Shown here: in pieces, positions 49,192 through 60,200 of the stretch
Numbering within the stretch: the first letter of the stretch is position 1
Layout: each line of letters begins with the position of its first letter
DNA from: Candidatus Spongiisociaceae bacterium
GTDB lineage: Bacteria; Actinomycetota; Acidimicrobiia; Spongiisociales; Spongiisociaceae
Length of the DNA: 64,000 nucleotides
Assembly: GCA_965202665.1 (NCBI GenBank)
Contig: OZ241841.1
Span: forward strand, 2,336,001-2,400,000
Direction of reading: 5' to 3'
Notes under the pieces: model-generated
Told to the model about the DNA's origin: nothing
What the model saw: only the letters and a program-made list of their open reading frames with translations
The model's database searches: none
Made by a program: the position numbers and the translations under genes

Positions 49192-50055
49192 CTACGGCGC
49201 CAGCTGGCCGATGGGCAGCACCAGGATGTCCCGTCCGCCCGCCGCTTTCAGCCGGGACAGCAATCCCAGCAGGTCGTCGGCGTCCACCACCGAATGCACC
49301 GCCGCCATGCCGTCTTCGGCCAGCGGCACCACGGTCGGCCCGCCCAGGCCGGGGATCAGGGAAACGATTTCGTCCAATTCGGAGCGGGGGGCGTTCAGCA
49401 ACAGGTAACGCTTGTCTTTGGCGGCGACCACCGAGCGCAGGCCGATGGCCAAAGTTTCGCCCGCTTCCCGCCGCTGGTCGGGGATGGGCTCTTTGCGGAC
49501 CAGCACCGCCTCGCTTTTCAGGATGGAGGCGATGGGACGCAGGCCGTTCACCCGCAGGGTGCTGCCGGTGGCCGCCAGGTCCGCCACCGCTTCGGCCACC
49601 CCCAGCCGGGGGGCCACTTCCACCGACCCGCTCAGTTTGACCACCTCCGCCCCCACCCCCCGTTCGGCGAAGAATCGGCGGACGATGTTGGGGTGGGAGG
49701 TGGCCACCCGCAATCCCCGGCAGTCCTCCGGGCGGGAGATGTCGGAACTGACCGGGGAGGCCAAAGTCAACTCGCACCGCCCGAAGCCCAGTTCCAGCAT
49801 TACCGCCACATCCGGCGGGCGGATTTCCTCCAGCAGGTCGCGGCCGGTGATCCCCCAGTCGGCGTTGCCGTCCGACACCAGTTGCAGCACATCGGCGGTG
49901 CGGACGAACAGCAGTTCCAGTTCGGCGTTGCGCACCGGCACCGCCAGGGCCCCGGCGGTCGGTTCGAACACCAGCCCCGCCTGCCGGAGCAGGGCGGTGG
50001 CCGGTTCCCGCATCCTCCCTTTGCTGGGGACGGCCATCCGAAACCGGGGGTTCAC
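49192..50055 (-). CDS. hisG: ATP phosphoribosyltransferase (long form)
   Basis: AVPSKGR, GITGRD, GSVEVAP, TGSTL, PGLGGPTV. Confidence 0.96.
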   Translation of the reverse strand: MNPRFRMAVPSKGRMREPATALLRQAGLVFEPTAGALAVPVRNAELELLFVRTADVLQLVSDGNADWGITGRDLLEEIRPPDVAVMLELGFGRCELTLASPVSSDISRPEDCRGLRVATSHPNIVRRFFAERGVGAEVVKLSGSVEVAPRLGVAEAVADLAATGSTLRVNGLRPIASILKSEAVLVRKEPIPDQRREAGETLAIGLRSVVAAKDKRYLLLNAPRSELDEIVSLIPGLGGPTVVPLAEDGMAAVHSVVDADDLLGLLSRLKAAGGRDILVLPIGQLAP

Positions 50056-50384
50056 GGCCGTTCTCCGGCTATCCGGTCCAAGGTCAGGCGGTAGCCGCCC
50101 GTCCCGTGTTTGAGCCATTCGTTGACCCGGCTGATGGTGGTGGTGGACATCCCGGTCCGTTCGGCGATTACCCGGTAGGGGAGGCCGGCGTCCAGCAGGG
50201 AGGCCACCGTCATCCGGCGGGCCATTTCGTCCAGTTCGGTGCGGGTGCACAGGTCGCGCAGCAAACGGGCCATTTCCTCGACGGAGCGCATGGCGAGCAA
50301 CGCCCGGCACAGTTCCGGCAGGTAGCCGGAACCCAAATCCCCCAGTCGGGGATCGTTTTCCGTTATATCTGTTTTCGCAGTCAT
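50052..50384 (-). CDS. TrpR-like YerC/YecD repressor (HisR)
   Basis: DLCTRTEL..MARR...YRVI...G.STTTISRV..WL.HG.GGY; first gene of the his operon. Confidence 0.9.
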   Translation of the reverse strand: MTAKTDITENDPRLGDLGSGYLPELCRALLAMRSVEEMARLLRDLCTRTELDEMARRMTVASLLDAGLPYRVIAERTGMSTTTISRVNEWLKHGTGGYRLTLDRIAGERP

Positions 50385-50432
50385 GGTCTTTCGGTTTCCC
50401 GCCCGCGGGCTTTGGCAGTTATTTGATTAACT

Positions 50433-50465
50433 TGTTAGCATACTAACACGCTAACAGGCTGTCAA
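50433..50465 (-). promoter_or_regulatory. his operon promoter TTGACA-N17-TATGCT overlapped by palindromic operator TGTTAG-N4-CTAACA
   Basis: Perfect 17-nt spacing; palindrome at 50433-50448 plus an extra CTAACA half-site at 50451-50456. Confidence 0.75.
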
Positions 50466-50532
50466 ACCGACCCCCATCAGGGGGGCCGAATGCGGACAGG
50501 AATAAGAACTCAAGGACAAAGGAGCAGCAGGT

Positions 50533-51243
50533 ATGGAGATTCTTCCCGCAGTGGACGTGCTGGGCGGGGAGGTGGTGAGGTTGTGGCAGGGGGATTACGG
50601 GGCGGCCACCAGTTACGGGGATTCGCCGGAGGAGCAGGTGGATGCCTGGCGGCGGGCGGGGGCCGAATGGGTGCACATCATCGATCTGGACGGGGCCCGC
50701 TCCGGGACGCCCGACCGGTCCCTGTGGCGGCGGACGGCGGGGCGGGGGGCGGCGGTGCAGTGGGGCGGCGGGATTAGGGGGGCGGAGGAGGCGGCGGCCG
50801 CCCTGGAGGCGGGAATAACGCGGGTGATCATGGGCACCGCCGCGGTGTGGGAGCCGTCCGTGCTGGCGGAAACGGTGGCTTTGGGCTCCCCGGAGCGGGT
50901 GGCGGCCGCGGTCGACGTACGGGACGGCCGGGCCTCGGGCCAAGGATGGTTGGACGGGGGGCGGCGGTTTGAGGAGGTGGTGGAGTCGGCGCTGGAGGCG
51001 GGGGTAGGGTCGCTGCTGGTGACCGCGGTGCGCCGGGATGGAACCATGCAGGGCCCCGATCTGGAACTGCTGGACCGGATACGGCGGCTGGCCCCCGACG
51101 CCCATCTGCAGGCGGCGGGCGGCATCGCCGGGATGGACGACCTGCGCCGCCTGGCCGCGGCCGGAATGGACGGGGCGGTAATAGGACGGGCCCTCTACGA
51201 AGGGGCCATCGACCTATCCCAGGCCCTATCTGAGTTCGGATAA
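50533..51243 (+). CDS. hisA: ProFAR isomerase HisA
   Basis: ILPAVD..GG.VVRL.QG, HIIDLDGA, GGGIR, RDGTMQGPD, IGRALYEG. Confidence 0.93.
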   Translation: MEILPAVDVLGGEVVRLWQGDYGAATSYGDSPEEQVDAWRRAGAEWVHIIDLDGARSGTPDRSLWRRTAGRGAAVQWGGGIRGAEEAAAALEAGITRVIMGTAAVWEPSVLAETVALGSPERVAAAVDVRDGRASGQGWLDGGRRFEEVVESALEAGVGSLLVTAVRRDGTMQGPDLELLDRIRRLAPDAHLQAAGGIAGMDDLRRLAAAGMDGAVIGRALYEGAIDLSQALSEFG

Positions 51244-51637
51244 CCGGACTTAGCCAAAGGCCGGAGCCCCTAAACCGGGGGGAGGGTGTGCTTTCTCGCG
51301 GAACGCGCCGTTCCCGCTTCTCTTGTCGGGGTATCTTGTCACGGCGAGGGGCCGTTGCGTGGTGTGGGTTTGGGATTTGTGGATGGTGTCGTAATGGTGT
51401 ATGTGGATAACGTTGTGTCGACCTGGGGTGATATGTCGTTGCTGTTGAGGCATGTGGAGTTGCGTCTGTCGCAGATGGGTTCGTGCGTTGTGGGCCGGTG
51501 CGTATTACAATTGGTATGGAGTTGGCGAAACCGTATGTTAGTGGTTTTGATGATGTTGAGTTACCGTTTGAGGGTGTCGTCTGATGGCGGAGCGGGCGGG
51601 TATCTGTCATAATGGCCGCTCCGGCCAAAGGAGGGCT

Positions 51638-52696
51638 ATGAAGAACAAAGAGTTGGAGAGGTTGTTTGCGGCGGTGATGGAGGCCGCTCCCCCGTCTAAC
51701 GAGACGGAGGTGGAGTACAACATTTTAGGGCCTGCGTTGGAAGCGCTCGGGTGGGACAAGTATTCCCAGATTGCCTGGCGGCACCGCACTGGCGGTGAGG
51801 CCAAAGGGGAGGGCGGGGTGGTGGACGCCTCGTTGCATAGCGGGAACGGGGTGCCGCGGGTGCTGCTGGAGGCGAAGGCCTGGGATGCGGATCTTACTCG
51901 GCATATGTCGCAGATGCTCCGCTACGCGTTTCATGAGGCGGCGGAGGTGTGCGTGCTTACCAACGGCAAAGAGTGGAGGTTTTATCTGCCCAGAGCCCGC
52001 GGGGAGGTCAAAGATCGCATGTTTGCGCACGCTCATCTGGAGTTGGATGGCACAGCTGGCGCATCGGCGGTGGTGGCCCGTTACCTGTCAGCGGACAGGG
52101 TGCTGGACGGGACGGCGCTGGAGGATGCGGAGAGGTCGCTGGGGGAGTTCAAAGCCAAGCGGGAGGCGGTGAAGATACTGCCCCGGGTGTGGGACAAGAT
52201 GCGTGCCGACGCCGATCGGGATCTGCTCCGTCTGGTAACCCGGCGGGTTGAGGCGGAGACTGGACAGCCCCCGCCAGCGGACAAGGTAGCGGAGGTTATC
52301 CGTCATGCTCAGCCGATACCGGGAACGCACACCAGACTCGCCCCGGAGCCGGAGACCGACATGACTCCGCGTCGTATGGCGGCTCCGCCAACGCCCTCGC
52401 CCGAACGTGTTCTAACCCCTGATAAAACGTTGGAGGCGGGCAGCTGGAAGAAGGCCACTGAAGCAGTAGTTGCGGAGGTGTCTCGGAGGTACCCTGGGTC
52501 GGACAAGTGGAACGAGTTGAGGTTCGTTAAGGCAGAACCGCCAAAACATGCTCCTTTAGAGGTAATCCCTGGTGCGTTTATCGGGTTGTCTTTAAGTGCC
52601 AGGCATCACCGGCGGCTTATGGGGGAAGTTTTGAAGACCTTCGGGCAAGTCGGTTGGCGTTTAGAGTTCGAGGACGGTCATGTGGAACTCATATAG
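51638..52696 (+). CDS. HsdR_N-like (type I restriction enzyme R N-terminal) nuclease domain protein
   Basis: NETEV...P.LEALGW, VD.....LLEAK, Q..RYA, VLTNGKEWRFY. Confidence 0.75.
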   Translation: MKNKELERLFAAVMEAAPPSNETEVEYNILGPALEALGWDKYSQIAWRHRTGGEAKGEGGVVDASLHSGNGVPRVLLEAKAWDADLTRHMSQMLRYAFHEAAEVCVLTNGKEWRFYLPRARGEVKDRMFAHAHLELDGTAGASAVVARYLSADRVLDGTALEDAERSLGEFKAKREAVKILPRVWDKMRADADRDLLRLVTRRVEAETGQPPPADKVAEVIRHAQPIPGTHTRLAPEPETDMTPRRMAAPPTPSPERVLTPDKTLEAGSWKKATEAVVAEVSRRYPGSDKWNELRFVKAEPPKHAPLEVIPGAFIGLSLSARHHRRLMGEVLKTFGQVGWRLEFEDGHVELI

Positions 52697-52852
52697 ACGG
52701 CTGCTACGGCACCCGATGAAGGGTTCTCCACGAAATCCACTTTGCCGTCCTCGTAGCCTTCCTCGTATGCATCTTGACCTATGTCATCACGATGTCAGAC
52801 ATTTGGGTTCTGGTCGCAGCCTGTCTCTTCGGCGGCCAAATGGCGGCCAGTA

Positions 52853-53185
52853 TCATCGACCGGCGGCTGGCGTGTTGGCCACCACCTCGGCGTAATACTC
52901 CACGTTGGCCGTCGACGGGACGAAGTCCAGCAGGTCGCTCAAAAAGGGCACTCCCCCGATGCGCTCCAAATCGCCGGACCGTTGCAGGACGTCGCTTATG
53001 GTCACCGGGTCGATGGGTTGCCGGTTGTGATAGAGCTCGGCGACCGCCCGGAAGACGATCTGGTGGGCCGGTACGTAGAAGTCCTCCGGGCGTAGCGCGC
53101 CTGCTATCTGGTCGAGGGCTTCGGGGGAGCGTAGTATCGCCCCCAGCACCGACTTTTCGGCTTCCGTTATGCGGGCCGGGGTCAT
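52853..53185 (-). pseudogene. Stand-alone DnaB helicase N-terminal domain
   Basis: EAEKSVLGAIL...EDFYVPAHQIVF...PIDPVT...IGGVPFL...PSTANVEYYAEVV, then a stop; no RecA-like ATPase domain. Confidence 0.7.
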
Positions 53186-54123
53186 CGGCGACCGCCTTTA
53201 GTGGGGTAGCGGTGGGTCCATTTGCGGGCGGCGGCGGAGCGTCGCTTCCGGTGGTAAGCCCGATGGTTTCCGAGGTGGAGGCACTGGCCGCATACGCTTA
53301 CCATCTGATGGCTGATCATCATCATCCCGCCGCATCTGCTGCAGTCGGTGATGTCACCCTCGAGCGGTTGGGGGTTCGGTGTCATCGGCGGGCGCCGTTC
53401 CGGTTCGGCCTGCGGGTTTACGGCCCGGCGCATGCGGTCGCCTACTGCGGGGCTGATGTCGTAGGCTTGCCGGATGATTCGGGGCCGCCAGTCAGCGACC
53501 TGGGTGTGTCGGCTGGGTTTCCGCCGATGGTGGGGCGGGGCAGGTGTTTCATGCGGGTTCCTTTCTGGTTGCGTTTATGCGGGTTAGTGTCTGATACAGC
53601 TCGGGATGGTCGGTCTTCATTCGGCGCATGTTGTTTTCGTGAGCGGAGATTTCTTCGGGGGTGGGGCTGGCGGGTTCGTCCCCCGGAGGCGGCTGGAAGA
53701 CTGAGGTCAATCCGTCAGTTCTGTCAGCCGTGTATCCCCAGGCTTCCGCTATGGCTTCTGTGCGTGCTTGCTCTTTTGCCAGCCAGGACTGTTCGAGGCA
53801 AGGCGCGTTGCCGGCCTAGCCGGTTTGGAGTATCGGTGTTCGGGTTTTGCCGTAGTCTGCCGGGGGGAGTGCGGGCTTGGTAGGGGGCTCGTAACTGGGG
53901 GGAGGGTGTGTTTCGTGCGGTGTGCGCCGTTGCCGGTTCCTTTGTCAGGGTATTCCGTCGGGGGGTGCGTTACTTTCGGTGTCCCGGCTCGGTTTTGGCG
54001 GTTGAGCGGTTGATTCAGTTTTCGCGACCTAGATTCGGTTTTCGCGTTCTCTCAAATTTTGGGGTCCGCCCCTCCGCCCGCCCTCGTTTGGGTCCGGGTT
54101 TGCTTGGTTTGCCGGATCTCAAT

Positions 54124-54153
54124 TTGCTTTCCCCCCCCCCCCCTCTTTATCAT
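54124..54153 (+). promoter_or_regulatory. Putative promoter TTGCTT-N18-TATCAT with a C13 homopolymer in the spacer
   Basis: C13 at 54131-54143 between the hexamers, ~100 nt upstream of the giant ORF. Confidence 0.55.
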
Positions 54154-54255
54154 ATGGCGTCTATCCGATCTAAGGGTTGGCGATTTGCGTCCTGACCTGT
54201 CCTGGTTTTAGGTCTGTTGTGCGGGTTTCCTGGGACCCGTTGGGAAAGGTTATTG

Positions 54256-57200
54256 GTGACAGGCTACTGTAAATCCGGGTATGCCGGATTTGTTGGACAA
54301 CCTGGAGTAAGGCGAAGACAGGGCAGACGAACGCTGGCCCTGGCGTTGGCGTGCGCCCTGGTTGCGTCTTTGTTTCCCAATCTTTCTCTTACGCCGGCGT
54401 TGGCGCAGGCCGCCAACAGCGCCGTTTTGACCGTCTCGCCGGCTACGGTGGACGAGGACGGCGGAGCCCAACGCATCGTCGTCACCGCCACCCTCGCGCA
54501 GGCCGACCCTGCGAATCCGATCACCGTCGACTTGGCGGTGGAGGCGGAGGCGGGCACGGGTACCGTCGAGGGGACTCATTTTACTGCGGTGGATGACTCT
54601 GATCTTCGTATCACCATCCCGGCGACCGCGACCACCGGCACCGCCTGGTTTGATTTGATTCCGGTTGACGACCTCACCCTCCAGTCAGCCAACCGTTCAG
54701 TTACGGTAACCGGCTCTTCAACTGGTTTGGGGGGCGGTTCCGTCACCGGGACGTCGGTTACCATCGACGACGACGAGGCGGCCGCCGTCAACCTCAGCCT
54801 GGACCGGACTTCGGTGGATGAGGACGCGGGGACGGTGGCGGTGAAAGTCACGGCCGCCTTCGCCTTCCCGGACGAGCAAAGGCGCGCCGCCGCCACCGAC
54901 ATAGCCGTCACGGTGGGGGCGGAATCCGACACCGCAACAGGCGGAACCGACTACGCCACGCCCTCCCCGTTCACTATCACCATCCCCGCCAACCAGACCA
55001 GCGCCACCGCCTCCTTCAACCTCCCCGTTTCCGACAACTTGGCCGCCAACCCCGACAAAACGCTGACCGTTACCGGGGTCAACCGCACCCCCGGATGGCC
55101 GGTCGCGCCCGCCTCCCTCACCATCCTGGACAACGAATCCGCCATCCGGTTGTCGCTGGACAAAACGGAAGTGTCGGAGGGGGACGGGGCGCAGACCATC
55201 ACCGTCACCGCCGCCCTGTCGGAGGGGCGCACCGAAACGACCGCCACCGAAGTCACGGTGGATGTGGTGGGGGAGTCGGGCGGTTTTGCGGCGGTGCCCC
55301 GGTTCACCATCACCATTCCCGACCGCACCCGCTCCGCCACCGGCTCCTTCACTTTCACGCCCGACGTTGATACGACGGCGGAAGGCGTGTCCAGGGTCAC
55401 CGTACAGGGAACTTCGGATCGGTTGGATGTGTATCCGGCCTACCTGTCCATCATCGACGACGACAACCTGATTACCTTGTCGGTCGACACCGCTTTGGTG
55501 GCGGAAGGGACGGCCGCCGAAGTGGAAGTGACGGCCGCCCTGCCCGCCGCAACCACCCCCCTGCCCCGGGACATGCGGGTTCGGGTGGGGGTTCTGTCCG
55601 GGTCTTCCACGGCGGTGGCGGGGGAGGACTACCAAGCCGTCCCCGATTTTGACGTGGAGATCGAAGGCGGCTCCCGCAGCGGCTCGGCCACTTTCACGCT
55701 CACCACCTTCGCCGACCAAGCGGATGAGGTTGCGGAAAACATAACTTTGGGGGTGATTTCGGTTTCACGGCGGGACCCGGACGTGGACGACCCGGACATT
55801 CCGGGGGAAACCATGGAGGCGGAAACCTTCACCGCCCTGTCCATTTTCCGCACCGAATCCGCCGACCTGCACATCACCGCCCCCCGCCTGCTGACCGTGG
55901 CCGTTTCCCCCTCCCGGGTGACCGAAGGCTCCACCACCACTTTGACGGCCTCGGCCGCCTTGCCGGAGGGCATGGATCCGATTACCGAAAACGTTGCGGT
56001 GACGGTGTCGCTGGCGGCGGACGGAACGGAGGCGGGCGGTTCGGCGGAGGCGGCTGATTTCACCCCGGTGTCCGCGGTCATCAACATCACCGCCAGCCCC
56101 GGTTCCCCTTTCACTTCAGCCTCCCCGGCGGCGACCCAGGATTTCACGCTGGTGGCCGCCTCCGACGCCGACCGGGACGATGAAACCATCAAAGTGTCGG
56201 CATCGGCTTCCGGATACGGCATCGCCTCCTCTTTCGTAACCATCGCCGACGACGGCGCCCCTCCTCCCCGCCCCGACCCTCCGGCCATCAACCTGCGGGC
56301 GGATGTGCTGCGGGTGGGGGAGGACAGCGGAACCACCGCGGTGACGGTTACCGCCGAATACGCGGACGGGGCCTCCCGCGCCGCTCCCGTCATAGTGGAA
56401 ACGGAGTTGGCGAACTACGCCGGTTACGCAACCGCCCCGGACGACTACGCGGCGGTGGCGAAATTCAACATCACCATTCCCGCCAACGCAACCAAAGCCT
56501 CGGGTTCCTTCAATTTGACGGTGGTGGACGATGCGTTGGCGGAAGGGGATGAGCGGGTGCGCATCATCGGGCGGGAAACGGCGGCCTCCCCCGGCCCGGC
56601 CACCGGTTCCATTCCGCCCGGCACGGACAGCGGCCTGACCGGATATGCGGTGAACGCGGCGGACATCGTCATAACCGACAACGACGACACCCTGTTTTTC
56701 TCCCTCACCCCCCTGTTTTTGGACGAAGCGGCGGGTGCCGCCCAACTCGCATACGAGGTGGGTTTGGCATCGGGGGTGACCCCGCTCACCGAAGACCTGG
56801 AAATAACCATCTCCGCGGCGAGCGGCACCGCCGTTTTGGGGACCGATTTCACCGCCGCCGCCCAGTGGGTGGTTTCTTTGCCCCAAAACACCCGCACCGT
56901 TTCCGGCTTTTTGGATGTGACGCTGATCGAAGACGACTTGGCGGAAGGATATGAGTTTTTCGAAACCTCGGCGGCGGCGCCGGGCCTGAAAACCTCCGCC
57001 ATTTCGGTGTTTATCAACGATGACGATCAGCGCATCAACCTGTCGGTGGATCCCTATCGGATCAGCGAAGACAGCGGTTCCGGGGCGGCTTCCCGAATCA
57101 CCGAGGTGACGGTTACCGCCTTCCTGCCCGGTTCGACGCCGGGGGTTGTCCTCCCGGGCGAGCCGGTGCGGGCCACCCCTCTCAAAATCCCGGTGTCGGT

Positions 57201-60200
57201 GGCGGCGGACACCGCCGGGAGCGCCGATTTCACGGCTGCGCCGGACTCTTTCACCATCACCATCCCGGCGGGCGCCAGCGAAGGTTCGGCTTCTTTCAAC
57301 CTGACCGTCGCCGATGACCGCGTGGCGGAAGGCGGGGAGAACATCATCGTGCGGGCCGGGGATCCGTTCCAGGTTCATTCCCCGGTTTACACCTCGGTCC
57401 GCTCCATCACCACTTCCAGCCTGGCGCCCGGCCATCCGACGGTGACCATCGTGGACGACGACGCGGAGGACATCGTGCTGTCGGTGAGCCGCTCGTCGGC
57501 GGCGGAAAACGACGGGCCGATACCGCTGACGGTCACCGCCACTTTGCGGGAAAGCGTGGCCCGGTTGCGCACCGCGGCCGAAGTAACCCTTTCCACCTCG
57601 GGCAGTTCCGCCGCCCCCAACGCCGATTTTTCTTTGACGGACGGAACGGGCGGGACGGGGCCTTTCACGATCACCATCCCCGCCGGGCAAAGAAGCGCCT
57701 CCGCCGACCTGACCTTGTCGCTGGTGAACGACCGGAGCCGGGAAGGGTCGGAGGCGGTGGTGTTTTCCGGTTCGGCCCCCACTTTCAACGTCGTCCCGGC
57801 CGCCCCGCTCATCATCTTCGACGACGACACCGCCATCGCCCTGTCGGTTTCCCCGGCGGCCCTGGAAGAAGATTCCGGCGCCACTTCCCTGACCGTCACC
57901 GCCGCTTTGCCGCCGGGGGAGACCGCCCCGGCCGGCGGGCCGATCACGGTGGCCCTGACCGCGGCCGGGGATTCCGCCCCCGGCCGGGCGGAGGAGGGGG
58001 CGGGCAAAGATTTCACCGCCGTCCGCCCCGACCCGTTTCAGATCACCATCCCGGCCGGCATAAACGCCGCTTCCGTAATTTTCACCCTCACCGTTCTCAA
58101 CGACGCCGTCTCCGAAGGGGCCGAAACGGTAACCATTTCCGGCGCAGCGCCAGGTCGGGCGGTCTCCCCGGCGACGGTGACCATTTTGGGCAACGACGGG
58201 GAGACGGCCGCTTTGGGTTCCGGCGGATGTTCGGACGGAACTTGGGTGGCCGACCCGGCCTCGGCGCTGGTCGGCGACTGCCAACAGTTGGTCGCGATGC
58301 GCAATCTCTGGCTGGCCAACCCGGACAACGCCGGGCTCCCCGCCGACCATCCGTTGCGTTTGTGGGGGAGCGGGCTGGTGGATTCTTGGCCGGGGGTGAC
58401 GGCGACCGGCGGGCGGGTAACCGGCCTGAACCTGTCCAACGGAAATCTGGCGGGCAAAATCCCCGGCCAAATAAGTTCTTTGACGGCCCTCACCAGCCTG
58501 AATCTGGGCGGGAATAACCTGTCGGGTTCCATCCCGTCTCTGTCCGCCCTGACGGCCTTGACCAGCCTGAATTTGGGCGGGAATAACCTGTCGGGTTCCA
58601 TCCCGGCGTTGTCCGCGTTGACGGCCCTAACCAGCCTAAACCTGGGCGGCAACAACCTGTCAGGGGCGATCCCGGCCGCGGTAACATCGCTTTCTTCGCT
58701 GACCAGCCTGGATTTGGGCGGGAATAACCTGTCGGGTTCCATCCCGGCGTTGTCCGCGTTGACGGCCTTGACCAGCCTGAATTTGGGCGGCAACGACCTG
58801 TCGGGCGCCTTCCCGCCGGTGACCGCCCTCACTTCCCTGGAAGGGCTGGATGTAAGCGACAACAAGTTGAGCGGCCCCCTGCCCTCCGCTTGGAGTTCTT
58901 TGACCGCCTTGGCCCGCCTGGACGTGAGCGGCAACCGTTTGACCGGTTCCATTCCCGCCGGGCTGGGCGGCCTGTCCGCGTTGACGGAGTTCGGTTTCTG
59001 CGGCAACGGTTTCACCGGCGCCCTGCCCGCCGGCCTGGCCTCCGGGGCGGTTTTGCCCGGTTACGACCCGGCCGCCGGAGTGGGGGGATGCCGGCGGGGG
59101 GTGGCTTTGCGGGTAAGCCCGGACGGCATGGCAGAAGGGGAGGACGGGGAGATAACGGTCACCGCCGAGTTGGTCGGCTTCGGAGGGGAGGGGGAACCGG
59201 GCTTGCCCGGACTGGACACGCCGGTGTCGGTGTCGGTCGGCGGCGGCACGGCGGCGGCCAGTGATTTTCGGGGAGCGGGAGCGGGGGGAGCGGTGGATAA
59301 TTTCGTCATCACCATTCCGGCCGGTTCCACCAGCGGGAAGGCAAGTTTCCGGCTGGAAGCCTTGGATGATACGTTGTTCGAAGGCTCGGAGTTCATAAAC
59401 CTGTCGGGCTCCTCCGCCGGGTTGACGGTGTTCGGGGAGGAGCTGTTCATCTTGGACGGGGACAGCAAAATTGCGTTGACCGTCGATCCCGGCTCCGTAA
59501 CGGAAGGAGCGGCCGCGGCGGAAATCACGGTCACCGCCACTTTGACCGGATTCGGGGGCGCGTCTCAGCCGACGGCCCCTACAGCCGCCCTGTCGGTGCC
59601 GGTGTCGGTGGTGGCCGGCACGGCGGCAGTGGGGGATTTCACGCCGGTGGATGATTTTGCCATCACCATTCCGGCCGGTTCCACCAGCGGGACGGGTACC
59701 TTCCGGTTGGAGACGGTGGATGATGTTTTGCGGGAGGGGGAGGAGATTATTTCAGTGACGGGCCCGGCCACCGGGGCGACGGCTTCGGGAGGGCGGCTGG
59801 GGGTGTCCCCGGCGGAACTGCGGGTGGTTGACAACGAGCAGTGGGTCCGGATTGTCCTCCCCAGCGGGAGCTTCGTGCGGGAGGGGCAAACTTTTCAACG
59901 TTTTATTACGGGAGGGTTGGTTGGGTTTGGGGGACCCGGGCAACCGGCCTTTCCCCAAACTACGCAGGTGCAGTTGTCGGTGGCTGATTCGGCCGATGTC
60001 CACGGTTGGTCCGACTCTATACAATATTTTGGGGTAAGCAGGAGGTTTGCGATTGGATCGGAGGTTCAAATTCGGGCGAAGCAAGATGAATTGTTTGAAG
60101 GTCCGGAGGTGGTGACGGTTACCGGTACAGCTAGAATTCCAGCGACGGGGATGAGTGTGGTGGTGGAACCGGTGGAGGTGGCGCTGGTGGACAGGGAAAG

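Noticed and set aside
52774-53883. 369-aa plus-strand ORF
   Set aside because: No motifs; overlaps the better-supported DnaB N-domain on the opposite strand.
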